DNA from: the human T2T-CHM13v2.0 reference genome, Homo sapiens
Assembly: GCF_009914755.1 (NCBI RefSeq)
Contig: NC_060937.1
Strand: one strand, 5' to 3'
Length of the DNA stretch: 64,000 nucleotides
The notes under the pieces were generated by a model. That model saw nothing but the letters and a program-made list of their open reading frames with translations. It was not told the origin of the DNA and did not search any database. Within the stretch, counting starts at the first letter, position 1; each line of letters starts with the position of its first letter. This document shows positions 24,901-39,900 of the stretch, piece after piece. The position numbers and the translations under genes were made by a program.

Positions 24901-27900
24901 TCTGTCTATTTTTTATGGGAAGATATTTCCTTTTTCACCGTAGGCGTCAAGGCGATCGAAATGTCCACTTCCACAAACTACAAAAAGAGTGTTTCAAACC
25001 TGCTCTATGAAAGGCCATGTTCATCTCTATGAGTCGAATGGAAATATCCGAAAGAAATTTCTGGGAATGCTGCTGTCTAGTTTTTATACGAATTCCCGCT
25101 TCCAACGAAATCCTCAAAGCAATCCAAATATCCACTTGCAGAATCCACAAAAAGAGTGTTTCAAAACTGCTCTATCAATAGAAAGGTTCAACTCTTTTAG
25201 TTGAGTACACACATCACAAACAAGTTTCTGAGAATGCTTCTGTCTGGCTTTTATTGGAAGACGTTTCCTTTTCACCAAAGGCATCAAAGCGCTCCAAATG
25301 TCCACTTCCAGATTCTTCCAAAAGAGTGTTTGAAACGTGCTCAAAGTAAGGGAATGTTCAACTCTGTGACTTGAATGCAGATATCACCAAGTAGTTTCTA
25401 ATAGTGCTTCTGTCTAGATTTTAGATGATGATATTCCCGTTTCCAACGAAATCGTTAGAGCTATCCAAATATCCACTTACAGTTTCTACAAAAAGAGTGT
25501 TTCCAAACTGCTGCATCAAAAGAAAGGTTCAACTCTGTTAGTTGAGGACACACATCACAAAGAAGTTTGTGAGAATGCTTCTGTCTAGATTTTGTATGAC
25601 GATATTCCCTTTTCCAACGATATCGTTAAAGCAATCTAAATATCCATTTGCAGAATCCACAAAAATAGAGTTTCAAAGCTGCTCTGTAAAAAGAAAGGTT
25701 CCACTCTGTTAGCTGAGTACACACATCACAAACTTGTTTCTCAGAATCCTTCTGTCTCGTTTTTATGGGAAGATATTTACTTTTTCACCGTAGGCATCAA
25801 AGCGCTCCAAATGTCCACATCCAGATACTCCAGAAAGAGTGTTTCAAACCTGCTCTATGAAAGGGAATCTTCAACTCTATGAGTTGAATGCAGACATCAG
25901 AAAGAAATTTCTGAGAATGCTGCTGTCTACCTTTTATTTGAATTCCCGCTTCCAACGAAATCCTCCAAGCTATCCAAATATCCACTTGCATTTTCCACAA
26001 AAAGAGTGCTTCAAAACTGCTCTATCAATAAATGTTCAACTCCTTTAGCTGGGTGCACACATCACAAACAAGTTTCTGAGAATGCTTCTGTCTAGTTTTT
26101 ATGGGAAGACATTCCCTTTTTCACCAAAGGCATCAAAGCGCTCCAAATGTCCACTTCCAGACACTACAAAAAGAGTGTTTCCAACGTGCTCTAAGAAAGC
26201 GAATGTTCAACTCTGTGACTTGAATGCAGATATCACAAAGTAGTTTCTGAGAGGGCTTCTGTCTAGATTTTAGATGATGATATTCCCGTTTCCAACGAAA
26301 TCATTAGAGCTATCCAAATATCCACTTACAGTTTCTACAAAAAGAGTGTTTCCAAACTGCTGCATCAAAAGAGAGGTTCCACTCTGTTAGCTGAGTACAC
26401 ACATCACAAACTTGTTTCTGAGAATCCTTCTGTGTCGTTTTTATGGGAAGATATTTACTTTTTCACCGTAGGCATCAAAGCGCTCCAAATGTCCACATCC
26501 AGATACTCCAGAAAGAGTGTTTCAAACCTGCTCTATGAAAGGGAATCTTCAACTCTATGAGTTGAATGCAGACATCAGAAAGAAATTTCTGAGAATGCTG
26601 CTGTCTACCTTTTATTTGAATTCCCGCTTCCAACGAAATCCTCCAAGCTATCCAAATATCCACTTGCAGATTCCACAAAAAGAGTGTTTCAAAACTGCTC
26701 TCTATCAATGGCAAAGTTCAACTCTGTTAGTTGAGGACACATATCACCAACAAGTTTCTGAGAATGCTTCTGTCTATTTTTTATGGGAAGATATTTCCTT
26801 TTTCACCGTAGGCGTCAAGGCGATCGAAATGTCCACTTCCACAAACTACAAAAAGAGTGTTTCAAACCTGCTCTATGAAAGGCCATGTTCATCTCTATGA
26901 GTCGAATGGAAATATCCGAAAGAAATTTCTGGGAATGCTGCTGTCTAGTTTTTATACGAATTCCCGCTTCCAACGAAATCCTCAAAGCAATCCAAATATC
27001 CACTTGCAGAATCCACAAAAAGAGTGTTTCAAAACTGCTCTATCAATAGAAAGGTTCAACTCTTTTAGTTGAGTACACACATCACAAACAAGTTTCTGAG
27101 AATGCTTCTGTCTGGCTTTTATTGGAAGACGTTTCCTTTTCACCAAAGGCATCAAAGCGCTCCAAATGTCCACTTCCAGATTCTTCCAAAAGAGTGTTTG
27201 AAACGTGCTCAAAGTAAGGGAATGTTCAACTCTGTGACTTGAATGCAGATATCACCAAGTAGTTTCTAATAGTGCTTCTGTCTAGATTTTAGATGATGAT
27301 ATTCCCGTTTCCAACGAAATCGTTAGAGCTATCCAAATATCCACTTACAGTTGCTACAAAAACAGTGTTTCCAAACTGCTGCATCAAAAGAAAGGTTCAA
27401 CTCTGTTAGTTGAGGACACACGTCACAAAGAAGTTTGTGAGAATGCTTCTGTCTAGATTTTGTATGACGATATTCCCTTTTCCAACGATATCGTTAAAGC
27501 AATCTAAATATCCATTTGCAGAATCCACAAAAATAGAGTTTCAAAGCTGCTCTGTAAAAAGAAAGGTTCCACTCTGTTAGCTGAGTACACACATCACAAA
27601 CTTGTTTCTCAGAATCCTTCTGTCTCGTTTTTCTGGGAAGATATTTACTTTTTCACCGTAGGCATCAAAGCGCTCCAAATGTCCACATCCAGATACTCCA
27701 GAAAGAGTGTTTCAAACCTGCTCTATGAAAGGGAATCTTCAACTCTATGAGTTGAATGCAGACATCAGAAAGAAATTTCTGAGAATGCTGCTGTCTACCT
27801 TTTATTGGAATTCCCGCTTCCAACGAAATCCTCCAAGCTATCCAAATATCCACTTGCAGATTCCACAAAAAGAGTGTTTCAAAACTGCTCTCTATCAATG

Positions 27901-30900
27901 GCAAAGTTCAACTCTGTTAGTTGAGGACACATATCACCAACAAGTTTCTGAGAATGCTTCTGTCTATTTTTTATGGGAAGATATTTCCTTTTTCACCGTA
28001 GGCGTCAAGGCGATCGAAATGTCCACTTCCACAAACTACAAAAAGAGTGTTTCAAACCTGCTCTATGAAAGGCCATGTTCATCTCTATGAGTCGAATGGA
28101 AATATCCGAAAGAAATTTCTGGGAATGCTGCTGTCTAGTTTTTATACGAATTCCCGCTTCCAACGAAATCCTCAAAGCAATCCAAATATCCACTTGCAGA
28201 ATCCACAAAAAGAGTGTTTCAAAACTGCTCTATCAATAGAAAGGTTCAACTCTTTTAGTTGAGTACACACATCACAAACAAGTTTCTGAGAATGCTTCTG
28301 TCTGGCTTTTATTGGAAGACGTTTCCTTTTCACCAAAGGCATCAAAGCGCTCCAAATGTCCACTTCCAGATTCTTCCAAAAGAGTGTTTGAAACGTGCTC
28401 AAAGTAAGGGAATGTTCAACTCTGTGACTTGAATGCAGATATCACTAAGTAGTTTCTAATAGTGCTTCTGTCTAGATTTTAGATGATGATATTCCCGTTT
28501 CCAACGAAATCGTTAGAGCTATCCAAATATCCACTTACAGTTTCTACAAAAAGAGTGTTTCCAAACTGCTGCATCAAAAGAAAGGTTCAACTCTGTTAGT
28601 TGAGGACACACATCACAAAGAAGTTTGTGAGAATGCTTCTGTCTAGATTTTGTATGACCATATTCCCTTTTCCAGCGATATCATTAAAGCAATCTAAATA
28701 TCCATTTGCAGAATCCACAAAAATAGAGTTTCAAAGCTGCTCTGTAAAAAGAAAGGTTCCACTCTGTTAGCTGAGTACACACATCACAAACTTGTTTCTC
28801 AGAATCCTTCTGTCTCGTTTTTATGGGAAGATATTTACTTTTTCACCGTAGGCATCAAAGCGCTCCAAATGTCCACATCCAGATACTCCAGAAAGAGTGT
28901 TTCAAACCTGCTCTATGAAAGGGAATCTTCAACTCTATGAGTTGAATGCAGACATCAGAAAGAAATTTCTGAGAATGCTGCTGTCTACCTTTTATTTGAA
29001 CTCCCGCTTCCAACGAAATCCTCCAAGCTATCCAAATATCCACTTGCATTTTCCACAAAAAGAGTGCTTCAAAACTGCTCTATCAATAAATGTTCAACTC
29101 CTTTAGCTGGGTGCACACATCACAAACAAGTTTCTGAGAATGCTTCTGTCTAGTTTTTATGGGAAGACATTCCCTTTTTCACCAAAGGCATCAAAGCGCT
29201 CCAAATGTCCACTTCCAGACACTACAAAAAGAGTGTTTCCAACGTGCTCTAAGAAAGCGAATGTTCAACTCTGTGACTTGAATGCAGATATCACAAAGTA
29301 GTTTCTGAGAGGGCTTCTGTCTAGATTTTAGATGATGATATTCCCGTTTCCAACGAAATCATTAGAGCTATCCAAATATCCACTTACAGTTTCTACAAAA
29401 AGAGTGTTTCCAAACTGCTGCATCAAAAGAGAGGTTCCACTCTGTTAGCTGAGTACACACATCACAAACTTGTTTCTGAGAATCCTTCTGTGTCGTTTTT
29501 CTGGGAAGATATTTACTTTTTCACCGTAGGCATCAAAGCGCTCCAAATGTCCACATCCAGATACTCCAGAAAGAGTGTTTCAAACCTGCTCTATGAAAGG
29601 GAATCTTCAACTCTATGAGTTGAATGCAGACATCAGAAAGAAATTTCTGAGAATGCTGCTGTCTACCTTTTATTTGAATTCCCGCTTCCAACGAAATCCT
29701 CCAAGCTATCCAAATATCCACTTGCAGATTCCACAAAAAGAGTGTTTCAAAACTGCTCTCTATCAATGGCAAAGTTCAACTCTGTTAGTTGAGGACACAT
29801 ATCACCAACAAGTTTCTGAGAATGCTTCTGTCTATTTTTTATGGGAAGATATTTCCTTTTTCACCGTAGGCGTCAAGGCGATCGAAATGTCCACTTCCAC
29901 AAACTACAAAAAGAGTGTTTCAAACCTGCTCTATGAAAGGCCATGTTCATCTCTATGAGTCGAATGGAAATATCCGAAAGAAATTTCTGGGAATGCTGCT
30001 GTCTAGTTTTTATACGAATTCCCGCTTCCAACGAAATCCTCAAAGCAATCCAAATATCCACTTGCAGAATCCACAAAAAGAGTGTTTCAAAACTGCTCTA
30101 TCAATAGAAAGGTTCAACTCTTTTAGTTGAGTACACACATCACAAACAAGTTTCTGAGAATGCTTCTGTCTGGCTTTTATTGGAAGACGTTTCCTTTTCA
30201 CCAAAGGCATCAAAGCGCTCCAAATGTCCACTTCCAGATTCTTCCAAAAGAGTGTTTGAAACGTGCTCAAAGTAAGGGAATGTTCAACTCTGTGACTTGA
30301 ATGCAGATATCACCAAGTAGTTTCTAATAGTGCTTCTGTCTAGATTTTAGATGATGATATTCCCGTTTCCAACGAAATCGTTAGAGCTATCCAAATATCC
30401 ACTTACAGTTTCTACAAAAAGAGTGTTTCCAAACTGCTGCATCAAAAGAAAGGTTCAACTCTGTTAGTTGAGGACACACATCACAAAGAAGTTTGTGAGA
30501 ATGCTTCTGTCTAGATTTTGTATGACCATATTCCCTTTTCCAGCGATATCATTAAAGCAATCTAAATATCCATTTGCAGAATCCACAAAAATAGAGTTTC
30601 AAAGCTGCTCTGTAAAAAGAAAGGTTCCACTCTGTTAGCTGAGTACACACATCACAAACTTGTTTCTGAGAATCCTTCTGTCTCGTTTTTATGGGAAGAT
30701 ATTTACTTTTTCACCGTAGGCATCAAAGCGCTCCAAATGTCCACATCCAGATACTCCAGAAAGAGTGTTTCAAACCTGCTCTATGAAAGGGAATCTTCAA
30801 CTCTATGAGTTGAATGCAGACATCAGAAAGAAATTTCTGAGAATGCTGCTGTCTACCTTTTATTTGAATTCCCGCTTCCAACGAAATCCTCCAAGCTATC

Positions 30901-33900
30901 CAAATATCCACCTGCATTTTCCACAAAAAGAGCGTTTCAAAACTGCTCTATCAATAGAAATGTTCAACTCCTTTGGCTGGGTACACACATCACAAACAAG
31001 TTTCTGAGAATGCTTCTGTCTAGTTTTTATGGGAAGACATTCCCTTTTTCACCAAAGGCATCAAAGCGCTCCAAATGTCCACTTCCAGACACTACAAAAA
31101 GAGTGTTTCCAACGTGCTCTAAGAAAGCGAATGTTCAACTCTGTGACTTGAATGCAGATATCACAAAGTAGTTTCTGAGAGGGCTTCTGTCTAGATTTTA
31201 GATGATGATATTCCCGTTTCCAACGAAATCATTAGAGCTATCCAAATATCCACTTACAGTTTCTACAAAAAGAGTGTTTCCAAACTGCTGCATCAAAAGA
31301 GAGGTTCCACTCTGTTAGCTGAGTACACACATCACAAACTTGTTTCTGAGAATCCTTCTGTCTCGTTTTTCTGGGAAGATATTTACTTTTTCACCGTAGG
31401 CATCAAAGCGCTCCAAATGTCCACATCCAGATACTCCAGAAAGAGTGTTTCAAACCTGCTCTATGAAAGGGAATCTTCAACTCTATGAGTTGAATGCAGA
31501 CATCAGAAAGAAATTTCTGAGAATGCTGCTGTCTACCTTTTATTTGAATTCCCGCTTCCAACGAAATCCTCCAAGCTATCCAAATATCCACTTGCAGATT
31601 CCACAAAAAGAGTGTTTCAAAACTGCTCTCTATCAATGGCAAAGTTCAACTCTGTTAGTTGAGGACACATATCACCAACAAGTTTCTGAGAATGCTTCTG
31701 TCTATTTTTTATGGGAAGATATTTCCTTTTTCACCGTAGGCGTCAAGGCGATCGAAATGTCCACTTCCACAAACTACAAAAAGAGTGTTTCAAACCTGCT
31801 CTATGAAAGGCCATGTTCATCTCTATGAGTCGAATGGAAATATCCGAAAGAAATTTCTGGGAATGCTGCTGTCTAGTTTTTATACGAATTCCCGCTTCCA
31901 ACGAAATCCTCAAAGCAATCCAAATATCCACTTGCAGAATCCACAAAAAGAGTGTTTCAAAACTGCTCTATCAATAGAAAGGTTCAACTCTTTTAGTTGA
32001 GTACACACATCACAAACAAGTTTCTGAGAATGCTTCTGTCTGGCTTTTATTGGAAGACGTTTCCTTTTCACCAAAGGCATCAAAGCGCTCCAAATGTCCA
32101 CTTCCAGATTCTTCCAAAAGAGTGTTTGAAACGTGCCCAAAGTAAGGGAATGTTCAACTCTGTGACTTGAATGCAGATATCACCAAGTAGTTTCTAATAG
32201 TGCTTCTGTCTAGATTTTAGATGATGATATTCCCGTTTCCAACGAAATCGTTAGAGCTATCCAAATATCCACTTACAGTTTCTACAAAAAGAGTGTTTCC
32301 AAACTGCTGCATCAAAAGAAAGGTTCAACTCTGTTAGTTGAGGACACACGTCACAAAGAAGTTTGTGAGAATGCTTCTGTCTAGATTTTGTATGACCATA
32401 TTCCCTTTTCCAGCGATATCATTAAAGCAATCTAAATATCCATTTGCAGAATCCACAAAAATAGAGTTTCAAAGCTGCTCTGTAAAAAGAAAGGTTCCAC
32501 TCTGTTAGCTGAGTACACACATCACAAACTTGTTTCTCAGAATCCTTCTGTCTCGTTTTTCTGGGAAGATATTTACTTTTTCACCGTAGGCATCAAAGCG
32601 CTCCAAATGTCCACATCCAGATACTCCAGAAAGAGTGTTTCAAACCTGCTCTATGAAAGGGAATCTTCAACTCTATGAGTTGAATGCAGACATCAGAAAG
32701 AAATTTCTGAGAATGCTGCTGTCTACCTTTTATTTGAATTCCCGCTTCCAACGAAATCCTCCAAGCTATCCAAATATCCACCTGCATTTTCCACAAAAAG
32801 AGCGTTTCAAAACTGCTCTATCAATAGAAATGTTCAACTCCTTTGGCTGGGTACACACATCACAAACAAGTTTCTGAGAATGCTTCTGTCTAGTTTTTAT
32901 GGGAAGACATTCCCTTTTTCACCAAAGGCATCAAAGCGCTCCAAATGTCCACTTCCAGACACTACAAAAAGAGTGTTTCCAACGTGCTCTAAGAAAGCGA
33001 ATGTTCAACTCTGTGACTTGAATGCAGATATCACAAAGTAGTTTCTGAGAGGGCTTCTGTCTAGATTTTAGATGATGATATTCCCGTTTCCAACGAAATC
33101 ATTAGAGCTATCCAAATATCCACTTACAGTTTCTACAAAAAGAGTATTTCCAAACTGCTGCATCAAAAGAGAGGTTCCACTCTGTTAGCTGAGTACACAC
33201 ATCACAAACTTGTTTCTCAGAATCCTTCTGTCTCGTTTTTCTGGGAAGATATTTACTTTTTCACCGTAGGCATCAAAGCGCTCCAAATGTCCACATCCAG
33301 ATACTCCAGAAAGAGTGTTTCAAACCTGCTCTATGAAAGGGAATCTTCAACTCTATGAGTTGAATGCAGACATCAGAAAGAAATTTCTGAGAATGCTGCT
33401 GTCTACCTTTTATTTGAATTCCCGCTTCCAACGAAATCCTCCAAGCTATCCAAATATCCACTTGCAGATTCCACAAAAAGAGTGTTTCAAAACTGCTCTC
33501 TATCAATGGCAAAGTTCAACTCTGTTAGTTGAGGACACATATCACCAACAAGTTTCTGAGAATGCTTCTGTCTATTTTTTATGGGAAGATATTTCCTTTT
33601 TCACCGTAGGCGTCAAGGCGATCGAAATGTCCACTTCCACAAACTACAAAAAGAGTGTTTCAAACCTGCTCTATGAAAGGCCATGTTCATCTCTATGAGT
33701 CGAATGGAAATATCCGAAAGAAATTTCTGGGAATGCTGCTGTCTAGTTTTTATACGAATTCCCGCTTCCAACGAAATCCTCAAAGCAATCCAAATATCCA
33801 CTTGCAGAATCCACAAAAAGAGTGTTTCAAAACTGCTCTATCAATAGAAAGGTTCAACTCTTTTAGTTGAGTACACACATCACAAACAAGTTTCTGAGAA

Positions 33901-36900
33901 TGCTTCTGTCTGGCTTTTATTGGAAGACGTTTCCTTTTCACCAAAGGCATCAAAGCGCTCCAAATGTCCACTTCCAGATTCTTCCAAAAGAGTGTTTGAA
34001 ACGTGCTCAAAGTAAGGGAATGTTCAACTCTGTGACTTGAATGCAGATATCACCAAGTAGTTTCTAATAGTGCTTCTGTCTAGATTTTAGATGATGATAT
34101 TCCCGTTTCCAACGAAATCGTTAGAGCTATCCAAATATCCACTTACAGTTGCTACAAAAACAGTGTTTCCAAACTGCTGCATCAAAAGAAAGGTTCAACT
34201 CTGTTAGTTGAGGACACACGTCACAAAGAAGTTTGTGAGAATGCTTCTGTCTAGATTTTGTATGACGATATTCCCTTTTCCAACGATATCGTTAAAGCAA
34301 TCTAAATATCCATTTGCAGAATCCACAAAAATAGAGTTTCAAAGCTGCTCTGTAAAAAGAAAGGTTCCACTCTGTTAGCTGAGTACACACATCACAAACT
34401 TGTTTCTCAGAATCCTTCTGTCTCGTTTTTATGGGAAGATATTTACTTTTTCACCGTAGGCATCAAAGCGCTCCAAATGTCCACATCCAGATACTCCAGA
34501 AAGAGTGTTTCAAACCTGCTCTATGAAAGGGAATCTTCAACTCTATGAGTTGAATGCAGACATCAGAAAGAAATTTCTGAGAATGCTGCTGTCTACCTTT
34601 TATTTGAATTCCCGCTTCCAACGAAATCCTCCAAGCTATCCAAATATCCACTTGCAGATTCCACAAAAAGAGTGTTTCAAAACTGCTCTCTATCAATGGC
34701 AAAGTTCAACTCTGTTAGTTGAGGACACATATCACCAACAAGTTTCTGAGAATGCTTCTGTCTATTTTTTATGGGAAGATATTTCCTTTTTCACCGTAGG
34801 CGTCAAGGCGATCGAAATGTCCACTTCCACAAACTACAAAAAGAGTGTTTCAAACCTGCTCTATGAAAGGCCATGTTCATCTCTATGAGTCGAATGGAAA
34901 TATCCGAAAGAAATTTCTGGGAATGCTGCTGTCTAGTTTTTATACGAATTCCCGCTTCCAACGAAATCCTCAAAGCAATCCAAATATCCACTTGCAGAAT
35001 CCACAAAAAGAGTGTTTCAAAACTGCTCTATCAATAGAAAGGTTCAACTCTTTTAGTTGAGTACACACATCACAAACAAGTTTCTGAGAATGCTTCTGTC
35101 TGGCTTTTATTGGAAGACGTTTCCTTTTCACCAAAGGCATCAAAGCGCTCCAAATGTCCACTTCCAGATTCTTCCAAAAGAGTGTTTGAAACGTGCTCAA
35201 AGTAAGGGAATGTTCAACTCTGTGACTTGAATGCAGATATCACCAAGTAGTTTCTAATAGTGCTTCTGTCTAGATTTTAGATGATGATATTCCCGTTTCC
35301 AACGAAATCGTTAGAGCTATCCAAATATCCACTTACAGTTGCTACAAAAACAGTGTTTCCAAACTGCTGCATCAAAAGAAAGGTTCAACTCTGTTAGTTG
35401 AGGACACACGTCACAAAGAAGTTTGTGAGAATGCTTCTGTCTAGATTTTGTATGACGATATTCCCTTTTCCAACGATATCGTTAAAGCAATCTAAATATC
35501 CATTTGCAGAATCCACAAAAATAGAGTTTCAAAGCTGCTCTGTAAAAAGAAAGGTTCCACTCTGTTAGCTGAGTACACACATCACAAACTTGTTTCTCAG
35601 AATCCTTCTGTCTCGTTTTTATGGGAAGATATTTACTTTTTCACCGTAGGCATCAAAGCGCTCCAAATGTCCACATCCAGATACTCCAGAAAGAGTGTTT
35701 CAAACCTGCTCTATGAAAGGGAATCTTCAACTCTATGAGTTGAATGCAGACATCAGAAAGTAATTTCTGAGAATGCTGCTGTCTACCTTTTATTTGAATT
35801 CCCGCTTCCAACGAAATCCTCCAAGCTATCCAAATATCCACTTGCAGATTCCACAAAAAGAGTGTTTCAAAACTGCTCTCTATCAATGGCAAAGTTCAAC
35901 TCTGTTAGTTGAGGACACATATCACCAACAAGTTTCTGAGAATGCTTCTGTCTATTTTTTATGGGAAGATATTTCCTTTTTCACCGTAGGCGTCAAGGCG
36001 ATCGAAATGTCCACTTCCACAAACTACAAAAAGAGTGTTTCAAACCTGCTCTATGAAAGGCCATGTTCATCTCTATGAGTCGAATGGAAATATCCGAAAG
36101 AAATTTCTGGGAATGCTGCTGTCTAGTTTTTATACGAATTCCCGCTTCCAACGAAATCCTCAAAGCAATCCAAATATCCACTTGCAGAATCCACAAAAAG
36201 AGTGTTTCAAAACTGCTCTATCAATAGAAAGGTTCAACTCTTTTAGTTGAGTACACACATCACAAACAAGTTTCTGAGAATGCTTCTGTCTGGCTTTTAT
36301 TGGAAGACGTTTCCTTTTCACCAAAGGCATCAAAGCGCTCCAAATGTCCACTTCCAGATTCTTCCAAAAGAGTGTTTGAAACGTGCTCAAAGTAAGGGAA
36401 TGTTCAACTCTGTGACTTGAATGCAGATATCACCAAGTAGTTTCTAATAGTGCTTCTGTCTAGATTTTAGATGATGATATTCCCGTTTCCAACGAAATCG
36501 TTAGAGCTATCCAAATATCCACTTACAGTTTCTACAAAAAGAGTGTTTCCAAACTGCTGCATCAAAAGAAAGGTTCAACTCTGTTAGTTGAGGACACACA
36601 TCACAAAGAAGTTTGTGAGAATGCTTCTGTCTAGATTTTGTATGACCATATTCCCTTTTCCAGCGATATCATTAAAGCAATCTAAATATCCATTTGCAGA
36701 ATCCACAAAATTAGAGTTTCAAAGCTGCTCTGTAAAAAGAAAGGTTCCACTCTGTTAGCTGAGTACACACATCACAAACTTGTTTCTCAGAATCCTTCTG
36801 TCTCGTTTTTATGGGAAGATATTTACTTTTTCACCGTAGGCATCAAAGCGCTCCAAATGTCCACATCCAGATACTCCAGAAAGAGTGTTTCAAACCTGCT

Positions 36901-39900
36901 CTATGAAAGGGAATCTTCAACTCTATGAGTTGAATGCAGACATCAGAAAGAAATTTCTGAGAATGCTGCTGTCTACCTTTTATTTGAACTCCCGCTTCCA
37001 ACGAAATCCTCCAAGCTATCCAAATATCCACTTGCATTTTCCACAAAAAGAGTGCTTCAAAACTGCTCTATCAATAAATGTTCAACTCCTTTAGCTGGGT
37101 GCACACATCACAAACAAGTTTCTGAGAATGCTTCTGTCTAGTTTTTATGGGAAGACATTCCCTTTTTCACCAAAGGCATCAAAGCGCTCCAAATGTCCAC
37201 TTCCAGACACTACAAAAAGAGTGTTTCCAACGTGCTCTAAGAAAGCGAATGTTCAACTCTGTGACTTGAATGCAGATATCACAAAGTAGTTTCTGAGAGG
37301 GCTTCTGTCTAGATTTTAGATGATGATATTCCCGTTTCCAACGAAATCATTAGAGCTATCCAAATATCCACTTACAGTTTCTACAAAAAGAGTGTTTCCA
37401 AACTGCTGCATCAAAAGAGAGGTTCCACTCTGTTAGCTGAGTACACACATCACAAACTTGTTTCTGAGAATCCTTCTGTGTCGTTTTTATGGGAAGATAT
37501 TTACTTTTTCACCGTAGGCATCAAAGCGCTCCAAATGTCCACATCCAGATACTCCAGAAAGAGTGTTTCAAACCTGCTCTATGAAAGGGAATCTTCAACT
37601 CTATGAGTTGAATGCAGACATCAGAAAGAAATTTCTGAGAATGCTGCTGTCTACCTTTTATTTGAATTCCCGCTTCCAACGAAATCCTCCAAGCTATCCA
37701 AATATCCACTTGCAGATTCCACAAAAAGAGTGTTTCAAAACTGCTCTCTATCAATGGCAAAGTTCAACTCTGTTAGTTGAGGACACATATCACCAACAAG
37801 TTTCTGAGAATGCTTCTGTCTATTTTTTATGGGAAGATATTTCCTTTTTCACCGTAGGCGTCAAGGCGATCGAAATGTCCACTTCCACAAACTACAAAAA
37901 GAGTGTTTCAAACCTGCTCTATGAAAGGCCATGTTCATCTCTATGAGTCGAATGGAAATATCCGAAAGAAATTTCTGGGAATGCTGCTGTCTAGTTTTTA
38001 TACGAATTCCCGCTTCCAACGAAATCCTCAAAGCAATCCAAATATCCACTTGCAGAATCCACAAAAAGAGTGTTTCAAAACTGCTCTATCAATAGAAAGG
38101 TTCAACTCTTTTAGTTGAGTACACACATCACAAACAAGTTTCTGAGAATGCTTCTGTCTGGCTTTTATTGGAAGACGTTTCCTTTTCACCAAAGGCATCA
38201 AAGCGCTCCAAATGTCCACTTCCAGATTCTTCCAAAAGAGTGTTTGAAACGTGCTCAAAGTAAGGGAATGTTCAACTCTGTGACTTGAATGCAGATATCA
38301 CCAAGTAGTTTCTAATAGTGCTTCTGTCTAGATTTTAGATGATGATATTCCCGTTTCCAACGAAATCGTTAGAGCTATCCAAATATCCACTTACAGTTTC
38401 TACAAAAAGAGTGTTTCCAAACTGCTGCATCAAAAGAAAGGTTCAACTCTGTTAGTTGAGGACACACATCACAAAGAAGTTTGTGAGAATGCTTCTGTCT
38501 AGATTTTGTATGACCATATTCCCTTTTCCAGCGATATCATTAAAGCAATCTAAATATCCATTTGCAGAATCCACAAAAATAGAGTTTCAAAGCTGCTCTG
38601 TAAAAAGAAAGGTTCCACTCTGTTAGCTGAGTACACACATCACAAACTTGTTTCTCAGAATCCTTCTGTCTCGTTTTTATGGGAAGATATTTACTTTTTC
38701 ACCGTAGGCATCAAAGCGCTCCAAATGTCCACATCCAGATACTCCAGAAAGAGTGTTTCAAACCTGCTCTATGAAAGGGAATCTTCAACTCTATGAGTTG
38801 AATGCAGACATCAGAAAGAAATTTCTGAGAATGCTGCTGTCTACCTTTTATTTGAACTCCCGCTTCCAACGAAATCCTCCAAGCTATCCAAATATCCACT
38901 TGCATTTTCCACAAAAAGAGTGCTTCAAAACTGCTCTATCAATAAATGTTCAACTCCTTTAGCTGGGTGCACACATCACAAACAAGTTTCTGAGAATGCT
39001 TCTGTCTAGTTTTTATGGGAAGACATTCCCTTTTTCACCAAAGGCATCAAAGCGCTCCAAATGTCCACTTCCAGACACTACAAAAAGAGTGTTTCCAACG
39101 TGCTCTAAGAAAGCGAATGTTCAACTCTGTGACTTGAATGCAGATATCACAAAGTAGTTTCTGAGAGGGCTTCTGTCTAGATTTTAGATGATGATATTCC
39201 CGTTTCCAACGAAATCATTAGAGCTATCCAAATATCCACTTACAGTTTCTACAAAAAGAGTGTTTCCAAACTGCTGCATCAAAAGAGAGGTTCCACTCTG
39301 TTAGCTGAGTACACACATCACAAACTTGTTTCTGAGAATCCTTCTGTGTCGTTTTTATGGGAAGATATTTACTTTTTCACCGTAGGCATCAAAGCGCTCC
39401 AAATGTCCACATCCAGATACTCCAGAAAGAGTGTTTCAAACCTGCTCTATGAAAGGGAATCTTCAACTCTATGAGTTGAATGCAGACATCAGAAAGAAAT
39501 TTCTGAGAATGCTGCTGTCTACCTTTTATTTGAATTCCCGCTTCCAACGAAATCCTCCAAGCTATCCAAATATCCACTTGCAGATTCCACAAAAAGAGTG
39601 TTTCAAAACTGCTCTCTATCAATGGCAAAGTTCAACTCTGTTAGTTGAGGACACATATCACCAACAAGTTTCTGAGAATGCTTCTGTCTATTTTTTATGG
39701 GAAGATATTTCCTTTTTCACCGTAGGCGTCAAGGCGATCGAAATGTCCACTTCCACAAACTACAAAAAGAGTGTTTCAAACCTGCTCTACGAAAGGCCAT
39801 GTTCATCTCTATGAGTCGAATGGAAATATCCGAAAGAAATTTCTGGGAATGCTGCTGTCTAGTTTTTATACGAATTCCCGCTTCCAACGAAATCCTCAAA

